Shown: positions 1-6,883, counted from the stretch's first letter. The stretch is 24,000 bases of DNA from Clostridia bacterium (GCA_045580145.1 JAZNNI010000117.1:1-24000); one strand, 5' to 3'. Program-made: numbers and translations. Notes: a model not told the origin generated them from the sequence alone.

Positions 1-792
1 CTCCTAAACGAATATTACAGAAACCTATATGTAGAAGAACGGATACACAAGAATCCCATGGACAATGTGGAGATGATGAAAAAGGCAAACTTCCTGTCAG
101 CACAAGGAAAGGAAGACCTGCCGGAATGCGAAACCATCGAAGTCTTCACAGATGAGGAGCTTGAAAAATTCAAAGCCGAAGCCTTCAGAACACACTCTAC
201 GGGCAACAGAGTATATCAGCAGGCAGGAGCCTACATCCTGATGCTCAACACAGGACTGCGAGCAGGTGAACTCATGGGGCTTCTAAACAGCGATATAGAC
301 TTAGAGAACAAAACAATAACCATAAGACAAGCGGTGAAATTAGTCGACCAAAGAGACGGAACAAAGCTCATAGGCGGTAAGGTAAAAAAAGTAGGCAAAC
401 CAAAAACCACCACAAGCAAACGAGTCGTACCGCTAAACAGTACGGCTATAGAAATGATACACGACTTGCGAAAAGAATACTACTTCGGCGAAGACACTCC
501 GCTAGTGTGCGATGCCAACGGTGACTATGCAAACCCAACTAACCTACGAAAACGACTATATAGAATAGAAGATGCTGCAGGAATAGAAACAAAAGGACTC
601 CATGCATTCAGACACACCTTCGCCACCAAGCTAATCAACGGAACAAAGTGTGCTGACGGAAGCATAAAAACACTAAACATAAAAGCGATAGCCGACATCC
701 TCGGACATACCACTACCGAGATAACCGAGAGGTACTATGTAAAGAAGGACACCTCAAGGCTAACCGGAATCACAGACGGATTCGAGATATGA
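1..792 (+). CDS. Tyrosine recombinase/integrase, C-terminal catalytic part (5' end lies left of the window)
   Basis: Frame 1 is open from base 1 (LLNEYYRNLYVEERIHKNP precedes the ATG at 58), so the gene is cut by the window edge. Phage-integrase catalytic signature is readable: LRAGELMGL (Arg), HAFRHTFATKLI (His-x-x-Arg), LGHTTTEITERYY (His...Tyr). Confidence 0.85.
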   Translation, partial: LLNEYYRNLYVEERIHKNPMDNVEMMKKANFLSAQGKEDLPECETIEVFTDEELEKFKAEAFRTHSTGNRVYQQAGAYILMLNTGLRAGELMGLLNSDIDLENKTITIRQAVKLVDQRDGTKLIGGKVKKVGKPKTTTSKRVVPLNSTAIEMIHDLRKEYYFGEDTPLVCDANGDYANPTNLRKRLYRIEDAAGIETKGLHAFRHTFATKLINGTKCADGSIKTLNIKAIADILGHTTTEITERYYVKKDTSRLTGITDGFEI

Positions 793-812
793 TAGAATCG
801 CAGAATAGAATA

Positions 813-845
813 CCCCTGAGAATGAAATTAAATCACTCTCAGGGG
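813..845 (+). terminator. Hairpin after the integrase gene (possible terminator)
   Basis: Stem CCCCTGAGA (813-821) / TCTCAGGGG (837-845) with a 15-nt loop, 20 nt after the stop codon. The downstream sequence TATCAAAATTT is not a clean U-tract. Confidence 0.4.
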
Positions 846-949
846 TATCAAAATTTGATACGCATAAACAAAGAAAAGAGATTTTTATTTTGGGCAAAAA
901 AATAATCTGTGAGAATTAAAAAATATTCTCGCAGAATTATTCTCTACAG

Positions 950-1137
950 GCGAAATTGATAGAATTAACAAAATCAAGTGATGCTAAAATGATGATGTAG
1001 CAGACGGAATCGTTAGAAACGGATGCGACCGTATGCGAAATTGATGCTCATTTCAGGCATAATTATTTGAAACACAAGACCATGCACCGTCATCAGAAAT
1101 ATAATCTAAAATTACTAAAAATTGCTATTGATGCTCA
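950..1137. repeat. Spaced direct repeats between integrase and tRNA-Trp (candidate arm-type integrase sites of the left element)
   Basis: GCGAAATTGAT occurs at 950-960 and 1035-1045. ATTGATGCTCA occurs at 1040-1050 and 1127-1137. Spacing is about 85-87 bp in non-coding DNA next to the inferred att junction. Confidence 0.35.
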
Positions 1138-1171
1138 AAAAAGTGAAGATTGCCGCTCTCGAATTTTGACA

Positions 1172-1203
1172 ATAAAAAATGGCTCAAACCCAGTGTTTGA
1201 GCC
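1172..1203 (-). terminator. Rho-independent terminator of tRNA-Trp
   Basis: The minus strand reads GGCTCAAAC-ACTGG-GTTTGAGCC followed by ATTTTTTATT, starting 8 nt after the tRNA CCA end. Confidence 0.7.
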
Positions 1204-1211
1204 AAATATAT

Positions 1212-1285
1212 TGGCAGGGGTAGAAGGACTCGAACCCTCAAGAACGGTTTTGGAGACCGGCATGTTACCATTACATCATACCCCT
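1212..1285 (-). tRNA. tRNA-Trp (anticodon CCA), 74 nt with encoded CCA
   Basis: Minus strand: AGGGGTA-TG-ATGT-AATGGTA-ACAT-G-CCGGT-CTCCAAA-ACCGT-TCTT-GAGGG-TTCGAGT-CCTTC-TACCCCT-G-CCA. It has a 7-bp acceptor stem, a T-loop TTCGAGT and anticodon loop CU-CCA-AA. There is one C/T mismatch at the top of the anticodon stem. Confidence 0.85.
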
Positions 1286-1330
1286 AAAGAGCGCCATATT
1301 AAGTTGTTTTTGTATTATAATACTGTCATA

Positions 1331-1378
1331 GGGACACGGCTTTGGAGACCGTTGCTCTACCAACTGAGCTACACCCCT
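1331..1378 (-). pseudogene. Truncated tRNA-Trp (5' 48 nt only: acceptor 5' strand, D-arm, anticodon arm, variable loop; T-arm and 3' acceptor missing)
   Basis: Minus strand: AGGGGTG-TA-GCTC-AGTTGGTA-GAGC-A-ACGGT-CTCCAAA-GCCGT-GTCCC, then TATGACAGTATTATAATAC. That continuation has no GGTTCGA-type T-arm and nothing complementary to AGGGGTG. Confidence 0.65.
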
Positions 1379-1560
1379 AAATTTTTGATTACCAGAATAT
1401 ATTACCACAAAAATAATTACTTGTCAACATTTTTTTTGCAGTTTATAAATAAAGTTTTCATATATCAGGAATAACAAATTATTGACACCAAAATATCGCA
1501 AAAAACTGATGCAAAAAATTTACAAACAATAAAAAATAATACTGAATACACAAAAAATCC

Positions 1561-1589
1561 TTGACAAATATTTTTTTTTGTAGTATAAT
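1561..1589 (+). promoter_or_regulatory. Consensus sigma-A promoter of tRNA-Leu
   Basis: TTGACA (1561-1566), exactly 17 nt spacer, TATAAT (1584-1589). The tRNA starts at 1611. Confidence 0.75.
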
Positions 1590-1610
1590 CTTTAATGTTG
1601 TATAAGAGAT

Positions 1611-1699
1611 GCCCAAGTGGCGGAATTGGCAGACGCCCAGGACTTAAAATCCTGTGGGACTAATATCCCGTGCCGGTTCGACCCCGGCCTTGGGCACCA
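1611..1699 (+). tRNA. tRNA-Leu (anticodon UAA), class II with long variable arm, encoded CCA
   Basis: Sequence: GCCCAAG...CAGGA-CTTAAAA-TCCTG-(variable arm TGGGACTAATATCCCGT)-GCCGG-TTCGACC-CCGGC-CTTGGGC-A-CCA. The acceptor stem GCCCAAG/CTTGGGC is perfect. Confidence 0.9.
1642..1699. repeat. attL: 58-bp direct repeat (anticodon loop to CCA of tRNA-Leu)
   Basis: ACTTAAAATCCTGTGGGACTAATATCCCGTGCCGGTTCGACCCCGGCCTTGGGCACCA matches 11927-11984 at every base (compared by eye). Flanking bases differ on both sides. Confidence 0.9.
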
Positions 1700-1700
1700 G

Positions 1701-1747
1701 AAAGTGGCTTAAAACCTTGTGTTTCGAGCCACTTTTCTTTTTTTCCT
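1701..1747 (+). terminator. Element-borne terminator replacing the native tRNA-Leu terminator
   Basis: AAAGTGGCT (1701-1709) pairs with AGCCACTTT (1727-1735), with an inner AAAC/GTTT pairing. It is followed by TCTTTTTTTCC. Confidence 0.6.
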
Positions 1748-1773
1748 ATTTACTCTCTTTCCGCTCCGATTCA

Positions 1774-1807
1774 ATTTTTCCACCAATTTCCACCAAATTT
1801 CCACCAA
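1774..1807. repeat. Three tandem copies of (A)ATTTCCACC(AA): candidate arm-type Int/Xis binding sites, attL side
   Basis: AATTTTTCCACC-AATTTCCACC-AAATTTCCACC-AA abuts the integrase stop codon (1808-1810). The same motif occurs twice, in the same orientation, at 11751-11772 near attR. Confidence 0.55.
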
Positions 1808-2959
1808 TTACATAGCAGCCCTTAAAAGTCCACTCATGACATTCGTAGCTTTTTTCTTTTGATTTATACTTGGATGCAGGTAAAAATTTGCTGTAGTAGT
1901 CATTGTAGAATGACCTAAATACTCCTGTATAATTTTCAGGTCTATGTCATTATCCAAAAGACTTGTGGCTACACTATGACGGATATCATGAAATCGTATA
2001 AGGGGAAGATTATTCTTTTTCAATAGGTCAGTAAATGCATGAGATACATAGCTTACTGCAAGAGGTTTTCCATCATCCCACCTACACACAAAGTCACTAT
2101 CAATATATCCCCCTCCAAGAAACAGCTTATCATTAGCCTGTATACTCCTCAGTTTGCAGAGATATCCATACATTTCGTCATCTATCGGAAGCTCTCGTGT
2201 ACTGCTTTCATTTTTTGTACTTTCCTGATACAGTTCCTTGTTAGCTGTTGTCCTTGTATTTCTGATATGAATTATTCTTCCATCGAGGTCTATGTCTGAC
2301 CATTTAAGTCCACATATCTCCCCTCGCCTTAATGCATAATGCGAACATAGGACTATCACACTTTCAAGTGCTGTACCCTTTGAAACAGATATAAGTTTTT
2401 TAAGTTGTTCTTCATTGTAAATATTAGGCTCATACTTTTTAATTTGTGGAAGAACAGTTCTGTCAGCCATATTGTAAGGAATAGCATTTTGCCTTAATGC
2501 TTCCTGCAATGCTTTTCTGATATTGGCATGATGCTTTTTCACTGTTGAAGCACTTAGTCCTCTATCAAGTAATGCATCATAATATGACTGAATGTGCTGA
2601 GGAAGTAACTCTGATAAGAGTATTTTCTGAGGCTTGAAATATGGAACAATATGATTATTTATAACATTACAGTAGTTATAATATGTTGTCGGCTTTAAAT
2701 TTTTCTCTATACGGTGGAGCCAGTTTTCCATATATTCATCAAATGTCATTTTCTGAAAAGGAACGATTTTCTGAACCTCAATCTTATTTTCATACTCCTT
2801 TCTGATTTCTTCCATTCGTTGTTCTGCTTTGCGTTTATTATTACCTTTAATAGGAACATCTGTAGAAATTTCCTTAGACCTTTTCTTCCCGCCTTCATCC
2901 CATTTCAAGATGCAATAATAACACTTTGCATTTTGTTTTTTTCTTAAATATGCTTTCAT
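1808..2959 (-). CDS. int: Tyrosine integrase (Tn916/phage-type, with N-terminal arm-binding-like domain and SAM-like core-binding domain)
   Basis: Catalytic motifs are ALRRGEICGLKWSDID (Arg), RFHDIRHSVATSLL (H-x-x-R) and LGHSTMTTTANFYLH (His...Tyr). The start was moved to ATG 2959 (MKAYLRKK) because AGAGAGG lies 7 nt upstream; the track start at 2989 is a GTG without an SD. Confidence 0.9.
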   Translation of the reverse strand: MKAYLRKKQNAKCYYCILKWDEGGKKRSKEISTDVPIKGNNKRKAEQRMEEIRKEYENKIEVQKIVPFQKMTFDEYMENWLHRIEKNLKPTTYYNYCNVINNHIVPYFKPQKILLSELLPQHIQSYYDALLDRGLSASTVKKHHANIRKALQEALRQNAIPYNMADRTVLPQIKKYEPNIYNEEQLKKLISVSKGTALESVIVLCSHYALRRGEICGLKWSDIDLDGRIIHIRNTRTTANKELYQESTKNESSTRELPIDDEMYGYLCKLRSIQANDKLFLGGGYIDSDFVCRWDDGKPLAVSYVSHAFTDLLKKNNLPLIRFHDIRHSVATSLLDNDIDLKIIQEYLGHSTMTTTANFYLHPSINQKKKATNVMSGLLRAAM

Positions 2960-3022
2960 CTTGTAACCTCTCTTTTCAATGATTGTCACTCAATGATTGC
3001 ACTATGTTGTATAGATTTATCA

Positions 3023-3220
3023 TCAAGCACTCTGCATGGCTATTTTTCTCAGGTAACTTTGTAATCCTGCTTTGGGAATAATATATTTACTTCTGACTTT
3101 TTTATTCGGAATTTCACCTGATTGCAAATACATATATGCTGTGCTTCTGCCTATATGAAGAATATTCATTAGGTCTTTTACAGAAAGAACATCACTATAA
3201 TTTTCCAGTATAATTACCAC
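3023..3220 (-). CDS. Excisionase-family / MerR-like winged-HTH DNA-binding protein (putative Xis)
   Basis: LSVKDLMNILHIGRSTAYMYLQSGEIPNKKVRSKYIIPKAGLQSYL matches the pattern of excisionase-type HTH_17 domains (L-T-V-x-E-x-A-x-x-L-x-V-S-x-x-T-V-Y-x-x...G-x-x-P...I-P). It lies directly upstream of int. The exact start is uncertain: the GTG at 3220 abuts the GAGG. Confidence 0.6.
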   Translation of the reverse strand: MVIILENYSDVLSVKDLMNILHIGRSTAYMYLQSGEIPNKKVRSKYIIPKAGLQSYLRKIAMQSA

Positions 3221-3260
3221 CTCTTTTCTCTTTTATTGTTGTTACAATTATCCGCTCCGA

Positions 3261-4343
3261 TTAAGCACTATTTTGTAACTTAGTCTTATTTTCTTCTCTT
3301 AAAGTAAGTCCTTGCAGATTATTATCCGATATTTTTCTCTTAATAAGTTTTATTGGGTTATCAAGTTTATCTATTCCCCATTTAGAAGGTATGAACATAT
3401 AAGGACAAATACCAAGCTTCATCAGTTTCTGATCAAAATGTCTGCTACTTACCTTATTATTTTTTGATTTAGCTAAGACGTACTCTCTAAATTCTTTTGT
3501 AGACTTCATTGTATTGAGCAGCTTTTTTACATAGCTGTAAGAGTAAAAGTCATACCTTGTAAAAAATTGTTCAATCTTATTACACACTGCATATTCAGCA
3601 ATTTTAATATCAATGAAGTCAACAAATTTTCTCTTTTCAAAATCAACATCAAATTTTTTACATATACTCTTTAGATAGACATAATGTGATTGAACCTCAA
3701 GTCTTAATATACCTTTACTTTCCTCTATTTCCTCTGTCTTAACAAAGCTCTTATTCAGCTTTTCCAACTGCTCATTTTGACGATAACTTAATTGATTTTC
3801 CTTATCATAGAAATTTATAGTAAAGTTTTGATTTTGATTGTGTTTCATTTGTCCTGTTGTTTTAAGATAAAAACTGGTATCAGGTTCAATATCTCTTATC
3901 TCATTAAAGGTTGAATAATTTGAAAAACGATTATCTTTATTATAGGTGTAAAAAAGATGAAAGAATTTAATGTACTCTTTGACATAATCAGTTTTGATAT
4001 TAAAGCAGAAATCAATTCTTGTTGACTTATTAGTAAGAATGTCAATTTTCTTACCCTTTATGTATTTATTAATTTTACTATTAAAGTCCTCAAAGAATTT
4101 TTCTAACTCTATCCTTGAATTAAAAATATCATCAAGGTTTCTAACATTCCCATAATTATCTATCCCTGTTATTTTTCCACCTATTAACAAGTTTTCTGAT
4201 GAAGGATAATAGGCTATTCTGATTTTTCTAATAAAGATAAAATAGTAAGTTTGTAAACAATTATTATCAACTACTACTTTCCAAGAAGAAACATCAATAT
4301 CTTTTTCTTTAACAGGGATAATGATTCTAATATTATCAATCAT
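3261..4343 (-). CDS. Rolling-circle replication initiator, Rep_trans / filamentous-phage gene II (CRI)-like
   Basis: The ordered motifs are typical of this superfamily. The N-terminus MIDNIRIIIP resembles the MIDxLxLRxP of phage gpII. TRIDFCFNI resembles SRIDATF/RIDxAxD. INFYDKENQ resembles RIYDK. GILRLEVQSHYVYLKS resembles GLVRFEARIKTRYLKS. Recognition is from memory of f1 gpII and pT181-type Reps, not from a search. Confidence 0.55.
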   Translation of the reverse strand: MIDNIRIIIPVKEKDIDVSSWKVVVDNNCLQTYYFIFIRKIRIAYYPSSENLLIGGKITGIDNYGNVRNLDDIFNSRIELEKFFEDFNSKINKYIKGKKIDILTNKSTRIDFCFNIKTDYVKEYIKFFHLFYTYNKDNRFSNYSTFNEIRDIEPDTSFYLKTTGQMKHNQNQNFTINFYDKENQLSYRQNEQLEKLNKSFVKTEEIEESKGILRLEVQSHYVYLKSICKKFDVDFEKRKFVDFIDIKIAEYAVCNKIEQFFTRYDFYSYSYVKKLLNTMKSTKEFREYVLAKSKNNKVSSRHFDQKLMKLGICPYMFIPSKWGIDKLDNPIKLIKRKISDNNLQGLTLREENKTKLQNSA

Positions 4344-4463
4344 TATTTACCCTATATAGTGATTTAAGCTAAATAAAATAACTTTTTTCACTATCCTTTG
4401 TTACAGTATTTGTTAATGAATTATATAACTCATTCTTGTAACTTTTCTAATATTAGATTAAAG

Positions 4464-4806
4464 GGTTAGCTAACCTTGTCACATATATAATTTTATCAAA
4501 CAAAAATGGAAAAGTCAATAATTTAACAATTTCGTAACACCTTTTTCGTGGCTATGAATAAGTTTGTGCATTCGCTCTACGGAAACATGCACAAAAAACT
4601 TATTTTTATTTTATTTAGTTTTAAGCATGCACAAAACATCAAGTTTTTTTTGTTAATTGTCCACAACAGTTGTTACAAAGTTATTACAGTTTTAGGAGTT
4701 TTATTTTCAGAAGTCGACTTCTACCAAGTATGAATATATCCGAAAAGGAAAATTGACTCAAATATGTAAAGTCAAGTTTTATGAAGGGGTGGTAAAATTT
4801 ACTACC
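4464..4806. promoter_or_regulatory. Divergent control region / candidate origin: cluster of palindromes and repeated ATGCACAAA boxes
   Basis: - GGTTAGCTAACC: 12-bp perfect palindrome, 4464-4475.
- TTTGTGCAT (4563-4571) inverted with ATGCACAAA (4587-4595), plus a third ATGCACAAAA at 4627-4636.
- ACAACAGTTGT at 4663-4673.
- AGAAGTCGACTTCT: 14-bp perfect palindrome, 4709-4722.
- TTGACT/AGTCAA at 4753-4758 and 4770-4775.
- GGTGGTAAAATTTACTACC: 19-bp near-palindrome, 4788-4806, abutting the SD at 4811. Confidence 0.4.
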
Positions 4807-4819
4807 AGTTAAGGAGGTG

Positions 4820-6004
4820 ATGCTCAGCATTAATATTTTTCCCAAGCAGGTACAAAAGTACCTGTTATTTTTTTACCCAAATTTCAGAAAGGATGAATTA
4901 AAAATGAAAGAAACAAAAAGAATTTGCAAGAGTTGTGGTTGTATCTGCACGAATGCAGCCATCTTAGTAAACCAAGGATTTGAGGATGAAGGATATGTTT
5001 GTCCCGACTGTATTTCATCAGGCTATTTTAAGTGCAGTCATTGTGGTGGGTATTACTCACAGCATTATCACTGGGCATCCGACAGTGACCTTACTATATG
5101 CAGTCATTGTTCCGCTCTTTACGAAATATGTGAAGACTGCTCAGAGATTGTCTTTAACACAGAAGTTCACTATCACAATGGCTATTACTATTGTCATAAC
5201 TGTTATGATGATATTGTCCGCGACAGCTTAGGTAATCTCATTGAGGATTACAGTTACAAGCCTGTTCCTGTTTTCTTAGGAGAGACCTCTGATAATCTCT
5301 ATCTTGGTGTAGAGCTTGAAGTCGACTCAGGTAACTCATACGAATCCGCAATCAGTATCTCGAATAAGTTCTCTGATGTGTACCTAAAGCGAGACGGAAG
5401 TTTAGAGACAGGATTTGAGATTGTATCTCATCCCGCGACACTTCATTATCACAAGTACGGATTAGGTTGGGAGTACATAATGAACATCTGCACCGATAAC
5501 AATATGAAAAGTCATGATACCTCAACCTGTGGCTTACACTGTCATGTCTCACGGCTGTTTTTCGGAGATACTCTAGATGAGCAGGACTTACATATTGCGA
5601 AGTTGATTTTACTTGTAAATAAGTTCTGGGATAATTACATCGTTCCATTCTCCAGAAGAAACATCACGCAACTTGACAGATGGGCAGCAAAGCCTAATGT
5701 AACTATACTCGACACCGACACAGAGGCAGAAATAATCGACAAGGTTAAAGGCACAAGATACAAAGGAAGATATCAGGGTATCAATCTTGAAAACAGCTAT
5801 ACAATAGAGTTTCGTATCTTTAGAGGAACATTAAAACTTAATACCTTTATAGCAACACTCCAGTTCGTGGACTGTATATGCAGATTTGCAAAATCAATGA
5901 AACTATCTGACATATACACTGTGAACTGTAGTGATTTGTTTTCAGGAAAAGGAAAAGATTATCCTGAGCTTATTGAATACTTGAAATCAAAAAATCTTAT
6001 GTAG
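4820..6004 (+). CDS. Zn-ribbon-repeat protein fused to an Amidoligase_2-type (glutamine synthetase/GCS2-like COOH-NH2 ligase) domain
   Basis: The N-terminal ~100 aa carry six CxxC pairs (CKSC, CPDC, CSHC, CSHC, CEDC, CHNC). These are followed by GVELEVDSG, YLKRDGSLETGFEIVSHP, CGLHCHVS and YTIEFRIFRGTL, the motif series I associate with Pfam Amidoligase_2. The start is ambiguous: ATG 4820 is only 2 nt after the strong SD AAGGAGG (4811-4817), while ATG 4904 (MKETKRICKSCG) has AAAGGA 10 nt upstream. Confidence 0.75.
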   Translation: MLSINIFPKQVQKYLLFFYPNFRKDELKMKETKRICKSCGCICTNAAILVNQGFEDEGYVCPDCISSGYFKCSHCGGYYSQHYHWASDSDLTICSHCSALYEICEDCSEIVFNTEVHYHNGYYYCHNCYDDIVRDSLGNLIEDYSYKPVPVFLGETSDNLYLGVELEVDSGNSYESAISISNKFSDVYLKRDGSLETGFEIVSHPATLHYHKYGLGWEYIMNICTDNNMKSHDTSTCGLHCHVSRLFFGDTLDEQDLHIAKLILLVNKFWDNYIVPFSRRNITQLDRWAAKPNVTILDTDTEAEIIDKVKGTRYKGRYQGINLENSYTIEFRIFRGTLKLNTFIATLQFVDCICRFAKSMKLSDIYTVNCSDLFSGKGKDYPELIEYLKSKNLM

Positions 6005-6016
6005 GAGGAATTTATT

Positions 6017-6883
6017 ATGTGTATAATAGCAATTAAGAATAAGGGAATTAACTTGCCTAGCGAGGAAACACTCGAAACAATGTTTAAGAACAATGCAGAT
6101 GGTGCTGGATTTATGTATGCGGCTAATAATAAGGTTATAATCAACAAAGGCTTTATGACTTTCCGCTCCTTTAAATCTGCTCTTGATAAGCTGTCTGAGA
6201 AGCATGACATAACTGACCTTCCTCTTGTAATGCATTTCCGCATAGCAACATCAGGACAGGTTGACGGTGGAACTACACATCCTTTTCCGCTGTCGGGTAA
6301 GAGAAAGAACCTAAAGAAGCAGTATATTGAAACTGACATTGGTATTGTCCATAATGGAATTATACCAATCAAAGCACCGCATAATATGTCGGATACAATG
6401 CAGTACATATCAAAGCAACTGACAGTCTACAAACGAATACAGTCAGACTTTTATAGCAGTGAACATTGGAGAAGAAAAATTGAAAAGGAAATTCAAAGTA
6501 AAATGGTGTTCTTGGATAACTCGGGTGAGATTTATATGATAGGAGATTTTGTGACGGATAATGGGATGATTTACAGCAATCATTCTTACGAGGAACGTTC
6601 TTTCTTGCTTGGATATGATAGATTCTTAGACTATCACTCAAAGAGTAAGCTCTGTCCGATTGATGGGTACATCACTACTGATTGCGGTGAACTCATAGAC
6701 TGCGAGGATGGACTGTATCTCATCAGTAAATACGGACAGGTGTATGAATATGACTTCTCCTTTGATGTTGCTGTTCCAATAGATGCATCAGCATATACCT
6801 ATGAGAATGTACCATTTTTTTATAACGAATCACAAGCATTGTACTTTGATGTGTCAGAATATCATTCTGTATTGATAGAATAG
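6017..6883 (+). CDS. Class II (Ntn-type) glutamine amidotransferase-like protein with an unassigned ~120-aa C-terminal domain
   Basis: The protein begins MCIIAIK (Cys2 as N-terminal nucleophile) and has VMHFRIATSG and GIVHNGII, as in PurF/GlmS-type GATase II domains. The SD TAGGAGG (6002-6008) overlaps the stop codon of the upstream gene, which indicates translational coupling. Confidence 0.7.
   Translation: MCIIAIKNKGINLPSEETLETMFKNNADGAGFMYAANNKVIINKGFMTFRSFKSALDKLSEKHDITDLPLVMHFRIATSGQVDGGTTHPFPLSGKRKNLKKQYIETDIGIVHNGIIPIKAPHNMSDTMQYISKQLTVYKRIQSDFYSSEHWRRKIEKEIQSKMVFLDNSGEIYMIGDFVTDNGMIYSNHSYEERSFLLGYDRFLDYHSKSKLCPIDGYITTDCGELIDCEDGLYLISKYGQVYEYDFSFDVAVPIDASAYTYENVPFFYNESQALYFDVSEYHSVLIE

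Larger units (their letters stand above)
1..1330. mobile_element. Right-hand end of a second integrative element that continues left of the window; boundary inferred at the break in tRNA-Trp
   Basis: An integrase sits ~540 bp from the point (1330/1331) where a tRNA-Trp 5' fragment loses tRNA-like sequence. Spaced direct repeats and an intact replacement tRNA-Trp lie between them. The other end is not visible. Confidence 0.4.

Noticed and set aside
1067-1474. 135-aa ORF on the plus strand
   Set aside because: It runs antisense across the tRNA-Trp gene, its terminator and the tRNA-Trp fragment. It has no SD and a low-complexity sequence, so it is an artefact of the open frame over tRNA DNA.
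1760-1771. 12-mer TCCGCTCCGATT repeated at 1760-1771 and 3251-3262 (downstream of int and between rep and xis)
   Set aside because: A single exact 12-mer pair is within chance expectation for a 24-kb window (order of ten pairs expected). It is noted as a possible protein-binding box but not called.
1774-1807. Tandem TTTCCACC repeats as a possible CRISPR array or minisatellite
   Set aside because: The units are only 10-11 bp, directly abutting with no spacers, and only 3 + 2 copies exist. Their position just inside both att sites fits arm-type recombinase sites instead.
4548-4733. 61-aa ORF in the rep/amidoligase intergenic region
   Set aside because: It overlies the ATGCACAAA boxes and palindromes, is hydrophobic and low-complexity (FILFSFKHAQNIKFFLLIV), and has no SD. 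It is more likely regulatory DNA than a gene.
4811-4822. Strong SD AAGGAGGTG followed immediately by GTG/ATG (4817/4820) as proof of the amidoligase start
   Set aside because: A spacing of 0-2 nt is shorter than functional SD-start distances. The alternative ATG 4904 is equally plausible. The N-terminal 28 aa are therefore left uncertain rather than interpreted as a domain.
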